Positions 9,810 through 19,551 of a DNA stretch of 64,000 nucleotides are shown here, in pieces (positions within the stretch are counted from its first letter, which is position 1; every line of letters starts with the position of its first letter). Under the pieces are notes generated by a model. It saw nothing but the letters and a program-made list of their open reading frames with translations, did not search any database and was not told the DNA's origin. Made by a program: the position numbers and the translations under genes. The DNA is from a virus (lineage: Duplodnaviria > Caudoviricetes), in the IMG/VR virus record IMGVR_UViG_3300005683_000011, positions 1,578 to 65,577 of that record; one strand, given 5' to 3'.

Positions 9810-11845
9810 TATCGCTCACTCCCAATCGCCCCGTCGAGCGTCAGCTGGTAGATGATCGCATCGTCCCGGTTGGTTACTCCGTCAAGTTCCCAGGAGAAGA
9901 TGCGGCGACCGTCGATGTACACGTCGCGATGATCGTCCAGCCGGCGCTGCATGAACCCCCGCTCACCAGTCATGTCGCCACGAAGGAGCGAAGACTCTCT
10001 CTCGCTACCAAGCATCGACAGTTCGTCGGGGCTGTAGTTGGCATCCCAGACGGTCGGCGTTCGGCTCCGATCCTGGTACAGCTGTACATCAAGGCGCTGA
10101 TCGTACAGGCACGGCTCGAACAGGATCTCCAGGCGACGGTTTGTCTCCTCTGGCGTGAGGACACCCCAGCGGAACCAACCTGTTCGGTAACGCCACTTGA
10201 TGCCGCCAACCTGATACACGTCGGGCGATGCAGGCGTCACGTTCCAGGGGCGATCGATGCGAAGCTCCGTTGACGACACACGTTCGACGATCTTCCGCAG
10301 CTGGCCCCGACCATCGCCGTCAACGACGACGATCGGGCAGCCAACTACGTCGTCACCGAAGTTGGCCGACTCATCCGTGAAGGCACGCGGCTTCGATGAC
10401 GTTACGGTCCCACGAACCGTACCACGGATGGGGCTAACGAGATCCAGTGTACTAGCGCCCAGCGTGTACACCTCGCCACCGGGTCCGCCAAGGAACACCC
10501 TCCGCTGACCGTCTAGGACGCCTTCGCAGCTGGATGCGATGGGCACGGGGAACTCCTCAACCCACCACGCGCGCGACACGATATTCAGGCACAGAGCGTG
10601 CCTGGGATACCGCGTGCTGCCGAGCGACACGAACCAGCGGATGACCTGCTGCCCGTAGTCATAGACAGCGTGAAAGTACCTCGAAGCCTCGAAGCGGATG
10701 CGGTAGCGACGTTCGCCACGCGCCGGCTCGAAGAGATCCTGTATCGGCGACGACACAATTTCCGTCTGCCGGCTGCCCTTGAACTGGTAGATGCCCGCCT
10801 CATCCAGCATGTAGCACGCCTCGTCAACGACAACCCAGGAGCGGTTGTTGACGCAGCCCCGGTTGCAGGCCAAGAAGATCAAACCGTCCTTGATCGGATC
10901 TTCTTGGAATGTCAAGCGGTAGCAGTGCCTCTTGAGGATGATGTACAAGAAGCTACCCATCGCCATCAATCCGGTGATGTCGTCGCCATCCTCTTGTACT
11001 GTAACCGCGTCAGACGCCAACCAACTCTCGGGTTCCCCCGCGCGCGAGAACTGAACCAGCCTGCGTTGATCGTCAGGAGGACGAATGCCATAGGACGAGT
11101 ACGGAAGGCTTGTCGTCTCATATGCGTCAACGAGGGTGAGGGTCTGTGCGGTAACATTGACGGATTCGATCTCATAGCTTCGGTCCGCGCCGGCCACCCA
11201 TAGGAATCGGCCCACGAATGTAGCCGGCCATTCGGTGCCGATACCAGTGACAGTCTTGCTACCGAACACAGTCTTCACAGAACCGTCACGGTACGTTTCC
11301 TCGCCAGCCAAGAACATGCGATCTAGGTTACTCGCCAAGAACGCCTTGTCTGACGGAGGTACTCCATGCGTGTTCGCCAGCACATTGTCCTGCTCATCGA
11401 ACAGGGCAACAGACTCTTGAACCTGAAGGTCATCGTCCTCCCTCACTGAGATGAAGCTCGTTGTCGTCAAGTCATCGGTGTCGATGTCAACGTAAAACAC
11501 ATCCGTCTGACCCGCCGTGTTGCGGAGGATCTGGCGGCGCTTCACCTTGGCCGATGTAGGAACAGGCACGTTGGTGTACTCGACCAACCCAACGTCGCTG
11601 AACAGCCCGGCGTCACTGATGGGTGACAGGTCGCTAGGGTTGTTCCGCTCATCCACGAAACGAGTGTAGGCGTAGTAGGTTCCGTTGATCTCCCCTGACT
11701 CTGAAGCCGCCAACGTCAACGCCGTCGTGGGCGCAGGCACCCCCGCTGGTTCCATCTCCTGATCGTTCCCATCCCACACAAGGACGGGATCGATGCCGTT
11801 GGCAACCATCAGCAAGCCATCAGAAGTAGAGAAGAAGTGTTCCAT
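9809..11845 (-). CDS. Tail nozzle / DNA stabilisation protein (P22 gp10 / T7 gp12-like beta-propeller)
   Basis: About 678 aa from MEHFF; ANG.D....WDG...AG..AP, R...S....PE.W and G....G...RS.VVV motifs; position after the adaptor. Confidence 0.65.
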   Translation of the reverse strand: MEHFFSTSDGLLMVANGIDPVLVWDGNDQEMEPAGVPAPTTALTLAASESGEINGTYYAYTRFVDERNNPSDLSPISDAGLFSDVGLVEYTNVPVPTSAKVKRRQILRNTAGQTDVFYVDIDTDDLTTTSFISVREDDDLQVQESVALFDEQDNVLANTHGVPPSDKAFLASNLDRMFLAGEETYRDGSVKTVFGSKTVTGIGTEWPATFVGRFLWVAGADRSYEIESVNVTAQTLTLVDAYETTSLPYSSYGIRPPDDQRRLVQFSRAGEPESWLASDAVTVQEDGDDITGLMAMGSFLYIILKRHCYRLTFQEDPIKDGLIFLACNRGCVNNRSWVVVDEACYMLDEAGIYQFKGSRQTEIVSSPIQDLFEPARGERRYRIRFEASRYFHAVYDYGQQVIRWFVSLGSTRYPRHALCLNIVSRAWWVEEFPVPIASSCEGVLDGQRRVFLGGPGGEVYTLGASTLDLVSPIRGTVRGTVTSSKPRAFTDESANFGDDVVGCPIVVVDGDGRGQLRKIVERVSSTELRIDRPWNVTPASPDVYQVGGIKWRYRTGWFRWGVLTPEETNRRLEILFEPCLYDQRLDVQLYQDRSRTPTVWDANYSPDELSMLGSERESSLLRGDMTGERGFMQRRLDDHRDVYIDGRRIFSWELDGVTNRDDAIIYQLTLDGAIGSER

Positions 11846-11846
11846 G

Positions 11847-12062
11847 TTATCGCCTGTACCTGTTCCCCGCGATCGGCCCTCCCGTGGCCTGCCCACGTTC
11901 CGAGACGATCAGCGTGTCCTCGTACTCAGCCTCTGTGATCCCAGCCAGGTTAACGATTGGCAACCCCGTGCGGCGAGTCTTCGTCTGCCGCTCCGGGATG
12001 TCGTGCGTCCACAGCCTGTTAACGCGAGACACACCGCTTTCAGGGATGTATCGCTTCCTCAT
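11847..12062 (-). CDS. Hypothetical protein
   Basis: 71 aa ORF filling the gap between coupled genes. Confidence 0.45.
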   Translation of the reverse strand: MRKRYIPESGVSRVNRLWTHDIPERQTKTRRTGLPIVNLAGITEAEYEDTLIVSERGQATGGPIAGNRYRR

Positions 12063-12562
12063 TATGTACCTCCCGCTGCACGCAGCGTGTAGTTAACAGT
12101 GAGCGATGCCCCGGATGGGATCGTTCGCGCGGTTGTAAACTCACCAGCCGACAGCAAGATCCCCGTCGTTCCGCTCTTCGTGGAGTCGCTGGTGATGAAG
12201 AACCCCTTGATAATCAGCGCCGCCGACGCCTGGAACTGGATGCCAGAGGTGTTGCGGCACACAGCCGTGGCGACCGACAGCGGAGTCCACTGCTTTCTCG
12301 TCGCACCGGAGTAGTCAACCTCCTCAACCCAGCCCGCGTGGCTGGACATTGTATCATCTTGCGACACCTCGTCAAAGCTGGCTGAGTCGATCAACCCCAT
12401 GTACCACGTTCGCTGCGTACCTTGGTTACAGGCAGCAGAGAGGATGTCGGTCAGGCCGACGATGGTGAGCGTGTTGTCGATCATATCGCGCCAAAGCACA
12501 TCACCGTTCGCATCGCGGCAAGTGACGTAGTAGCGCCCCGAGATAGAGAAGCCATCCTTCAT
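12062..12562 (-). CDS. Phage virion structural protein
   Basis: From MKDG: G.Y.V.C.D..G...W.D...N.LT..G...IL...WY.GLI..F...D..D.M.SH.GW.E, a widespread phage structural pattern. Confidence 0.7.
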   Translation of the reverse strand: MKDGFSISGRYYVTCRDANGDVLWRDMIDNTLTIVGLTDILSAACNQGTQRTWYMGLIDSASFDEVSQDDTMSSHAGWVEEVDYSGATRKQWTPLSVATAVCRNTSGIQFQASAALIIKGFFITSDSTKSGTTGILLSAGEFTTARTIPSGASLTVNYTLRAAGGT

Positions 12563-12563
12563 G

Positions 12564-12983
12564 TCACACCCTTGGGTTCTTGCCCTTGTAGATCCGCCCC
12601 GAATCGCGGCCCTGCACAAGGTAGTTCGCGTTCGGCTTCTGGAAGTAGTACATCGACAGCACCTGACCCGAGCCGTCGCTGGCCGGAATCACCTCGAAAC
12701 AAAGTGTCCTACTGAACTCAGTACCACTCACTAGCCAGGATACGCGGAGCGTGTAGTTGCCAACCTCGAAGCGTTCATCGAGGAAGATTCGTCCTTCAAA
12801 CAGACCAGTCTTCAGTGGGTAGTCGCGCGACGGGACACTTCTTCCACCGTAGATCGTCGTTCCGTTGGCATCGTACAGGAACATCAACGGAGCCTCATCA
12901 GGCGCTTGAGGCGTCTTTGAGGCGTTCGTCGTGTGGACGCGATAGGTTACTTCGCGACCTACTTGGTATGTTCCGATGTACAT
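12564..12983 (-). CDS. Ig-like beta-sandwich virion protein
   Basis: Real start MYIGTY at 12983 (TAATG overlap); beta-rich with a G.Y.L.VSW motif. Confidence 0.55.
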   Translation of the reverse strand: MYIGTYQVGREVTYRVHTTNASKTPQAPDEAPLMFLYDANGTTIYGGRSVPSRDYPLKTGLFEGRIFLDERFEVGNYTLRVSWLVSGTEFSRTLCFEVIPASDGSGQVLSMYYFQKPNANYLVQGRDSGRIYKGKNPRV

Positions 12984-13501
12984 TACGTCACCACGAAGGA
13001 GTTCATGTCCGCGTAAGAGACAGCGCTGACCAACCCTTCCATCAGCACTTCGTAGCAGCTGCCAACCTCGTAACCGTTCCCACTGGATACGGTCAAGCTG
13101 GCAACGTACAGCCCCGTCACGTTCCACGTTCCGCCCGACGTGTATGTTCCAGTTCCCGTTGAGCCTTGGAGGCTGAACGTGTTGGCGTCGATGCGCGTGA
13201 CGATGAACGTGCCGTTGGTCCCCGTGTTGCCAAGGACGCCAGTGATCGTTACCCGATCCCCCGTCTGCAATCCATGGCTGGACGACGTTACGACAATGGG
13301 TGAGGCGTTCGTAGCACCAGTGATTGACCCGGTGTCGCGAAAGGATAGGCTGCCCGATTGTCCTGCAACGAATCCGTCAGGCCCGTACACCCGGAAGGTT
13401 GGTAGAGCATCCAGGTTTACCGGGGTACGGGACGAGTTCGTCACAAGGAACACAACGGGGAGGCTATCACCAAGTTCGGCGAAGCCTTGGAACATGCTCA
13501 T
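12983..13501 (-). CDS. Virion protein with an E1-FCCH-like beta module
   Basis: ITGATNASPIVVTSSSHGLQTGDRVTITGV.G.T..NGTF.VTRIDANTFSL. Confidence 0.7.
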   Translation of the reverse strand: MSMFQGFAELGDSLPVVFLVTNSSRTPVNLDALPTFRVYGPDGFVAGQSGSLSFRDTGSITGATNASPIVVTSSSHGLQTGDRVTITGVLGNTGTNGTFIVTRIDANTFSLQGSTGTGTYTSGGTWNVTGLYVASLTVSSGNGYEVGSCYEVLMEGLVSAVSYADMNSFVVT

Positions 13502-13677
13502 TCCTCCTCAAACTGAATAGGTGTCATCCCCTGCCGACTCCGCAGCTGGCCCTCGTAGGACGACTGCATGTTCTCCTGAATGATGGATGACCCAGGAGGA
13601 GTGTCCAACGAATCGGGGCGCGTAGCCAGGCCAGGGAAATCTCGGATCTCCACAACCTGCCTCGACGGAGTGTCCAT
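13498..13677 (-). CDS. 59-aa protein resembling the N-terminus of tail nozzle proteins
   Basis: Below the ORF-track cutoff. Hand translation: MDTPSRQVVEIRDFPGLATRPDSLDTPPGSSIIQENMQSSYEGQLRSRQGMTPIQFEEE; GAGG RBS; ATGA overlap with the next gene. Confidence 0.65.
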   Translation of the reverse strand: MDTPSRQVVEIRDFPGLATRPDSLDTPPGSSIIQENMQSSYEGQLRSRQGMTPIQFEEE

Positions 13678-13688
13678 CGTTCACCTCG

Positions 13689-14852
13689 CTATCCGTTGCC
13701 CAGGAACGGGAAGTCAGCAAGCCTTGTCGGCCACACACCACTGCGTCCCATGGCCTCTTCCTTGAAGTTCCGCGAGTCGGCTTCCCTCGCGCGGATCTCT
13801 TCTTGCATGCACATCTGCTCCAGCATGCCTCGATCCTTTCTGCTTCGAGCGTAGCCCGTGTTCAGTTCCGATCTCCTCAAGAGGAAGGTCAGCATGCTGC
13901 CCACGTCAATGTCGATCGGGTCGCTCACCATCTGCTTCACTGCCGACGCCGACGCGCTCCAGGCTGCATCGACGGTGCATGCCGTCGCGCTGCCCACCGC
14001 TGTGATGACACGCTCTTGGCTGAAGGGGTAGCTACCCCAGCGGCTGGTCGGCACCTGCGTCGTCGAACCGAGGCGGAGGATGCTGCCAACCATGCCCGAC
14101 TCGAACGCTGTGCCGCTGCCGACAACGGCTGTAGCTCCAGAGGATACCGACACCGTTCCCGTGGAGTAGGAGTCGTACTTGAGCGGGCGCGGCCTACGCT
14201 TGTACAGGTAGTCGATTACATAGGTGTCGTCAGGCGGAGGATACACTGCCATCGACAGCGTGTTCTGGTAGTCCGGGTTGCCCTTGATGCTGTAGCTGTG
14301 TGGGCACGCCGTCCCGCGCCAGATACGTTGCCGGGCAAGCCAGTCGTTCGGATGCTCGAACGCCAGCACTCGCGAGAACGTGGCGATGATAACCTCGCCC
14401 ATGCTCTGGAAGTTACAAGGGAGTGGGTACTCGTCACGGAACAGCGTGTACGACGTTCCAGATGCGACATCCTCGCCTGGGTTGGAGTTCACACTGAGGG
14501 TAATGATCGAGCTACTCTGCCGTGTTGCGATCTCGTACACCACGTCGTTGATGTTGACGTAGCCCAGCGCCGCCCAGGTGGGCCAAGTGCCGTCAGTCAG
14601 AGTGAGCATTCGCTCATGCGCGCCACCCGTGTGATCGTACTCAACCGTGCCGGTGCTATACGGCTCGTTCATGTTGATCCGACCACGGCTGTAGTAGTAG
14701 GCCCAGTTGTAGCAATTCGCGATGTCGCGCAACCCATGGAGGGTTGCGCGCTTCGCGTCCCGTCGAGCCTCACCGCTGGGCTGCGCACCCATGAAGTCGG
14801 TGACATGCTCGATCAGATCGTTCCAGGTGATGAGTTCAACTCGCGTAGACAT
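13689..14852 (-). CDS. Head-tail adaptor-like protein with inserted beta segments
   Basis: Helical N-terminus, then NW.YY and Y.LP..F motifs and a P.P.D..Y...Y.Y motif typical of adaptor proteins. Confidence 0.6.
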   Translation of the reverse strand: MSTRVELITWNDLIEHVTDFMGAQPSGEARRDAKRATLHGLRDIANCYNWAYYYSRGRINMNEPYSTGTVEYDHTGGAHERMLTLTDGTWPTWAALGYVNINDVVYEIATRQSSSIITLSVNSNPGEDVASGTSYTLFRDEYPLPCNFQSMGEVIIATFSRVLAFEHPNDWLARQRIWRGTACPHSYSIKGNPDYQNTLSMAVYPPPDDTYVIDYLYKRRPRPLKYDSYSTGTVSVSSGATAVVGSGTAFESGMVGSILRLGSTTQVPTSRWGSYPFSQERVITAVGSATACTVDAAWSASASAVKQMVSDPIDIDVGSMLTFLLRRSELNTGYARSRKDRGMLEQMCMQEEIRAREADSRNFKEEAMGRSGVWPTRLADFPFLGNG

Positions 14853-14860
14853 CTACCACC

Positions 14861-15739
14861 TCAACAGCAGTCATCGGGGTTAACGGGAGCCGCCGGCAAA
14901 TCGCTGCTCTCCTCAACGATTGCCGGGCGGCTGCATTCGTCCTCCGTGAAGGAGGCCGCACTACAAGACTCATCAACCCAGATCGGTCGCTCTGGGCAGG
15001 GAGGGGGATCACCAGTCAAGCCGGTGTGGAAGAACCCTCGCTTGAATATAACAGGATTCGGCGGCACCTCGTATACCGACACGAATCTTCGACGGATCGT
15101 CCAGACGCCGATCGGGTCCGACTGCGGAGCCGAACGGATGACGCGGCCCCAGAACGGTTCCGGTTCGTTCGTTGGCTTGTACACCGGACGACGCAAGATC
15201 GGGCGCTGCGTGCCGATGACCGTCTCGGGATCGGTGACGATCAGCCTCGTTCGGATGATGCCACCGGAGGCGTTGAACGGAGCGTCGTTGCCCCTCGCCA
15301 TGCGCCTACCTTGCGGGCGCGCGAAGCTGACTTCCGGCTCGATCGGCACGCGACGACGCATCACCTTCCCAGTGAAGATGTGCATGAAGTCGTCGATGCA
15401 ACGCACCACGCGGGAGCGTTTGGTTTGTGCAACCTCTGGGTAAGGTCCGGGAACGACGGCGGCGTTCTTGCGGAACACCTTCCCTTGAAGGATGGCACCG
15501 TCTGCAACGTCGAACGAGCGCCCCCAGCGGCGCTGCATGACGTTCGGATTGTAAGCTGGAGCTTCTTGCGCGTCAGGCTGGGCGATGGATCGCCTGACCT
15601 TGCCATGAAACGAGTAGGCCAACCCGTCGTCTGATGTAACCAGACGACGGGCTGGCGGTAGAACAACAGGCTCCGGAGGCGGCGGATCTCCGTAAGGCGT
15701 CGGAGCGTGGAACTGCTTCCTTGAGCGCCGAATGTGCAT
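14861..15739 (-). CDS. Arg/Pro/Val-rich hypothetical protein
   Basis: 292 aa in operon order with a GAGG RBS; acidic/Cys C-terminus. Confidence 0.55.
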   Translation of the reverse strand: MHIRRSRKQFHAPTPYGDPPPPEPVVLPPARRLVTSDDGLAYSFHGKVRRSIAQPDAQEAPAYNPNVMQRRWGRSFDVADGAILQGKVFRKNAAVVPGPYPEVAQTKRSRVVRCIDDFMHIFTGKVMRRRVPIEPEVSFARPQGRRMARGNDAPFNASGGIIRTRLIVTDPETVIGTQRPILRRPVYKPTNEPEPFWGRVIRSAPQSDPIGVWTIRRRFVSVYEVPPNPVIFKRGFFHTGLTGDPPPCPERPIWVDESCSAASFTEDECSRPAIVEESSDLPAAPVNPDDCC

Positions 15740-15760
15740 GGCGTGGCCCGCCTATCCGGC

Positions 15761-16207
15761 TTACTCTTCGCCGCACACGCGAACCGCAGCCGAAACGGAC
15801 GCGCCAGCCGTCACCGCGATACCCAGGCGATCACCACCGCCGACAGCGATAGCCTTGCCGAACGGAGCCTGCCAGGTATACCCGGTCTGCGGGTGGACAT
15901 ACTCATCGATGATGACCGTGCCCTGCGTCGGCTCAACGGTCGCCGTGTGCTGGCCAGTCGTCTGAATGGTCTCACTCCAGTCATCGGGATCTTTCGCCCC
16001 GGTGAGGGAAGACATCGTACCAGCGTCTGTGTTGCGCGCGACCTGCACCAGAATCGGCGCAGCCGTGTTGCTCGTACCAGCGAAGGAGATCGAGATTTCG
16101 TCGATCAGAACCTTGTGGTTTGAAGCGGCCACGATCTGGAGCAGCGTCTTGATAGACGTTCCAGTCGAGATGCCCGACTTCGTGAACTTGAAACGATTGC
16201 CTGACAT
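15761..16207 (-). CDS. Beta-rich virion structural protein
   Basis: 148 aa, Thr/Ala/Gly/Val-rich, GGAGG RBS. Confidence 0.6.
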   Translation of the reverse strand: MSGNRFKFTKSGISTGTSIKTLLQIVAASNHKVLIDEISISFAGTSNTAAPILVQVARNTDAGTMSSLTGAKDPDDWSETIQTTGQHTATVEPTQGTVIIDEYVHPQTGYTWQAPFGKAIAVGGGDRLGIAVTAGASVSAAVRVCGEE

Positions 16208-16223
16208 TGCACCCTCCTAGCGC

Positions 16224-16367
16224 TTACCAAGTGTACTCAGGAACAGGTTCGGTAACAGAAACATTGCTGCACCGGCGGCGGAAGGGACGCGCGTCCACAA
16301 CCGGATCACCGTTCAACCCGAAGATGTCACTGATCGGGTAGCTTGAGATCGGCCCGTAAGCGTGCAT
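16224..16367 (-). CDS. 47-aa peptide with a G.PISS.PIS motif
   Basis: Hand translation: MHAYGPISSYPISDIFGLNGDPVVDARPFRRRCSNVSVTEPVPEYTW; fills the gap exactly. Confidence 0.55.
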   Translation of the reverse strand: MHAYGPISSYPISDIFGLNGDPVVDARPFRRRCSNVSVTEPVPEYTW

Positions 16368-16368
16368 C

Positions 16369-17238
16369 CTACACCCTTCCCTGCTTTATCACCCCTTCTA
16401 CAGCGTGCCCAGGGATGACCATTCCGGCGTGAGCAATGGTTTGTATGTCGGGGAACCTGCGATCTAAGGCTAGTGCCACATCGATCGGCAGCCCATGCTT
16501 TACTTGGGCACGGGTAGGGTCCACGCGATCACCAACATTATGCAACGGTACTCCCCAAACTTCCATATCACTTGTGTGGTTGTCTGGAAGAATAGATTCG
16601 GTTTTCACACGCATTGGCTTCAATCCAAGCAATCCGGACAAATGAACGCAAGTAGACACCGGATCAGTAACAATGCAACTATAAGGCACAATCAGAAGGC
16701 GGTCAGCCAGTCCACGATCAATCGCATCGGTTATCCTCCTTGCGCTCATTCCGACGACTCCTCCGTCGGCGCACATTATGTCAACCCTACCACGGAGGCT
16801 CTGGCCTGTGACGTACTCCATATCGGTGCCGTGCGGCGCGGTCAAGGGGTTCTGGTGCCTCAGACGCTCGAAGCTGGCAACGATGTCAACCACGCTACGG
16901 ACGGGGCAAATGATCGTCACCTTCTCATTTGTGATCTCCTCGATCATCTCGATGTACGCCGGCCATGCACGGTTCTTGTCGATGACTAGCTTTCCATGAG
17001 CCAACTCAGGCTTGTAGAAGCTCTGCATCATCCCGTACAGAACATCCCTGATCCGTGGCCCAACCTCGTTGACCTTCTGGGACCGGAAGCCATCCCACTT
17101 GAGCCAGTTGTTCCGCAGCTGCGCCATCGCCTCAACCAAATCGCTCGTTGGAGAGACGTAGATGTCGGGGTGTTGACGCAGCAAGGAGGACAGTAACGAG
17201 GAGCCAGAGCGAGGCATGCCAGCCATGAACGCGATCAT
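16369..17238 (-). CDS. PAPS-dependent sulfotransferase family protein
   Basis: 5'-PSB loop GMPRSGSSLL and 3'-PB-like R...DIVASF; start MIAF overlaps the tail-fibre stop (ATGA). Confidence 0.85.
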   Translation of the reverse strand: MIAFMAGMPRSGSSLLSSLLRQHPDIYVSPTSDLVEAMAQLRNNWLKWDGFRSQKVNEVGPRIRDVLYGMMQSFYKPELAHGKLVIDKNRAWPAYIEMIEEITNEKVTIICPVRSVVDIVASFERLRHQNPLTAPHGTDMEYVTGQSLRGRVDIMCADGGVVGMSARRITDAIDRGLADRLLIVPYSCIVTDPVSTCVHLSGLLGLKPMRVKTESILPDNHTSDMEVWGVPLHNVGDRVDPTRAQVKHGLPIDVALALDRRFPDIQTIAHAGMVIPGHAVEGVIKQGRV

Positions 17239-18710
17239 CCAGTAACCTCCACAAGTCGGATGTAAGCAACCCATCGGATCGTCTTGCTGGCTTCACCCGT
17301 CACAGTGATAGCCATTGCATCGTTCGTGTCGTCGGCAGTGACATCAGCATCCCAAGCAGCCGTGTCCTCAGCGATCACCGTCTTCTGGACAGTGCCCACC
17401 AATGCTGTCGTACTTCCATTCCTATCGATGCAGCCGACAAACTCATAAGCCGCACTCTCGTTGTCCGCGTCCGTCCTTCGCGCCACAAGGAGAATGTAGA
17501 ATGCCCATGTTGTATCCGTTACGATTGTGATTCTCACGCTAGACCCATCAAGCCTTAGCTCGGTTGGGGTAGCGTTAGTTGTTGAGATCCTCGCAACAAG
17601 CTGACTCGTCTGTGCATCACCGTCAGCCGCGAACCTACCACTGCCGTGTGCCTGCTGGCCACGAAGGGCTGCCTTGCCTTGGTGCCCTCCAAGGACAGCT
17701 GAGTAGGTTGCGCTTGCCGTGTTTGCCCTACCGCCGCACACGACAGACTGAGTGCCAGATACGGTGTTGCTTTCGCCGCAACCACCAAATGCGCTCGTGG
17801 CGCTGACGACGTTAGAGTTCCCACCAACACAGGCGGAGTTCGTTCCGGTAGCGTCATTGTTGTTGCCACCAACAACGGACGAGTTTCCACCGTTGCAGAA
17901 GTTGCTGTTGCCAGCGCCAATGAAGCTACGCGCGCCGCTGGAGCTATTGCTTGTTCCAGCCACGATTCCTGTGTATGTTCCACCGCCAGCGTTGTTGCCA
18001 TATCCGCCGCAGCACACAGAGTAGTTTTGCGTAGCCGAATTACTTCCACCAGAAAGAACGGCAGAGTTGGTGGTGTTGGCTGTGTTGCTGTTGCCAGTGA
18101 ACACGCCAGACCTTGTACCAGACGCCGTGTTGTTGTTACCAGCGCCAACGATAGAGCTTGTGCCGGACGCTGTGCTTACGTTGCCAGCAAGAACACAGGA
18201 GTTTGACCCAGAAGCCGTGTTTCTCGTCCCAGTGAAAACTCCTGAGTAGTTACCAGAAGCGACTTGACCGGCAGACTGCCTGTAGACCTGGAAGTCAACA
18301 GCGCCGTTACCGCGAGCGTTTCCGACAACGGAGGAGAATCGCGTCTCAAGCATGCGACGGATGGCGAACGTCGTCGGCATCTGGATGATGGGCAACCCGT
18401 AGTCAGCTGGCGCGATGACGAACACATCCTTCGTGCCAGCCGAGAAATTAACAGCGTTGTTACTGTTCGTGCTGCGAAGGACCGTTGTGCGCGCAAGCTG
18501 GTCAGGCCCGGTCGATACGGTGCCGAGGCCAACCTCCCACTCGTTCGCCGTCTGGTGGGCGGCGCAGTAGAAGCAGGTGTTGCCGTTGCCAACGCCAGAT
18601 GAGAACGTAACGGAGCCATCAGCAGTGCCGGCAAGGGTGAATGTCCCTGTGCCGGTAGTTGCTGACGTTTCGTACACGCGATCCGAAAGTAGTGGACCAG
18701 CCATAGTCAC
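17235..18710 (-). CDS. Tail fibre / receptor-binding protein with YadA-head-like 15-aa repeats
   Basis: N-terminal DRVYETSATTGTG.F.L.G anchor; about 13 repeats of N.N.A.G..S.V.GG; C-terminal beta-domain. Confidence 0.8.
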   Translation of the reverse strand: MTMAGPLLSDRVYETSATTGTGTFTLAGTADGSVTFSSGVGNGNTCFYCAAHQTANEWEVGLGTVSTGPDQLARTTVLRSTNSNNAVNFSAGTKDVFVIAPADYGLPIIQMPTTFAIRRMLETRFSSVVGNARGNGAVDFQVYRQSAGQVASGNYSGVFTGTRNTASGSNSCVLAGNVSTASGTSSIVGAGNNNTASGTRSGVFTGNSNTANTTNSAVLSGGSNSATQNYSVCCGGYGNNAGGGTYTGIVAGTSNSSSGARSFIGAGNSNFCNGGNSSVVGGNNNDATGTNSACVGGNSNVVSATSAFGGCGESNTVSGTQSVVCGGRANTASATYSAVLGGHQGKAALRGQQAHGSGRFAADGDAQTSQLVARISTTNATPTELRLDGSSVRITIVTDTTWAFYILLVARRTDADNESAAYEFVGCIDRNGSTTALVGTVQKTVIAEDTAAWDADVTADDTNDAMAITVTGEASKTIRWVAYIRLVEVTG

Positions 18711-19354
18711 TTACTCCAGTGAGGCTTCAGCGTCTCGCGCACCTCATGTGCGGCCTCTGCAAGGTCAACCCTCATCGCATCCTGGGGAGCCATCTCGTCA
18801 AGTCGTCGCTCGACGCGCTCCGCCACGATGTCGTCTGCCACGGCAACCTCTTCGGGAGGGTTCTCTCGTTCACGCATTTTAACATTAACAGCACCCTCAC
18901 AGCCCCAGCCACGCTCCTCGCATAGTCTCTGCGCATCTCCCCGGCCCGAAATCCAGGCACGCGGATCGCCCGGATATTCCGCTAGAGTGCCCATGTAGAC
19001 CTTGCCAGTGATGTCAACGCCAGCACGATCAGCAATACTTCGGTAGTAGTTGCCAACATGAGGCGTCTTCTCGAACTGGTTGCCGCAGCAATGGCCACGG
19101 AGGAACTCGCGATCCGTCTTGCACCCCGGAGGCTGCTGATGAGCGATCATGTCAGCCCACTTGTGGTGACTTCCATCAAGCCGGCTCGCGATGTACCTCG
19201 CCTGGATGAGCGGGTTCGGGTTGACGACTGGGAACTCCTTGCCCTGGATAAGGAGGAAGGCAACCTCCATGTCCGTAGCGAGTTCGCTCGTCTTCTCATA
19301 ATGCTCAAGCCGGGCCGAGTAGGTCACGGCGTCCTTCGTCGTTCCGTCACGCAT
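18707..19354 (-). CDS. Conserved phage hypothetical protein
   Basis: 215 aa between portal and tail genes; TD..F..G and GDPRAW motifs. Confidence 0.6.
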   Translation of the reverse strand: MRDGTTKDAVTYSARLEHYEKTSELATDMEVAFLLIQGKEFPVVNPNPLIQARYIASRLDGSHHKWADMIAHQQPPGCKTDREFLRGHCCGNQFEKTPHVGNYYRSIADRAGVDITGKVYMGTLAEYPGDPRAWISGRGDAQRLCEERGWGCEGAVNVKMRERENPPEEVAVADDIVAERVERRLDEMAPQDAMRVDLAEAAHEVRETLKPHWSK

Positions 19355-19551
19355 GATTCTGCGTACTCCTTTTCGCGCAACTCCATGATTTTGCGAAGCC
19401 GCTCCATCTCTTCGCGAGCCTGGACCATGAGGATGCGAGCAGCTTCACGCTCATTGTCCCGCTGACTGAACACCTCAACGGCGTTGTTAAAGGCGGCACG
19501 CGCCGACTCAACGTCGTCCAGCTTTTGCAGAAGTTCCCTTGTCAGAAGCAT
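19324..19551 (-). CDS. Small coiled-coil protein
   Basis: Start MLLTREL at 19551 by TAATG coupling. Confidence 0.5.
   Translation of the reverse strand: MLLTRELLQKLDDVESARAAFNNAVEVFSQRDNEREAARILMVQAREEMERLRKIMELREKEYAESCVTERRRTP

Noticed and set aside
17700-18260. Roughly 45-nt periodicity resembling a repeat array
   Set aside because: Explained by the 15-aa tail-fibre repeats; nucleotide repeats are not identical and there are no unique spacers, so it is not CRISPR.
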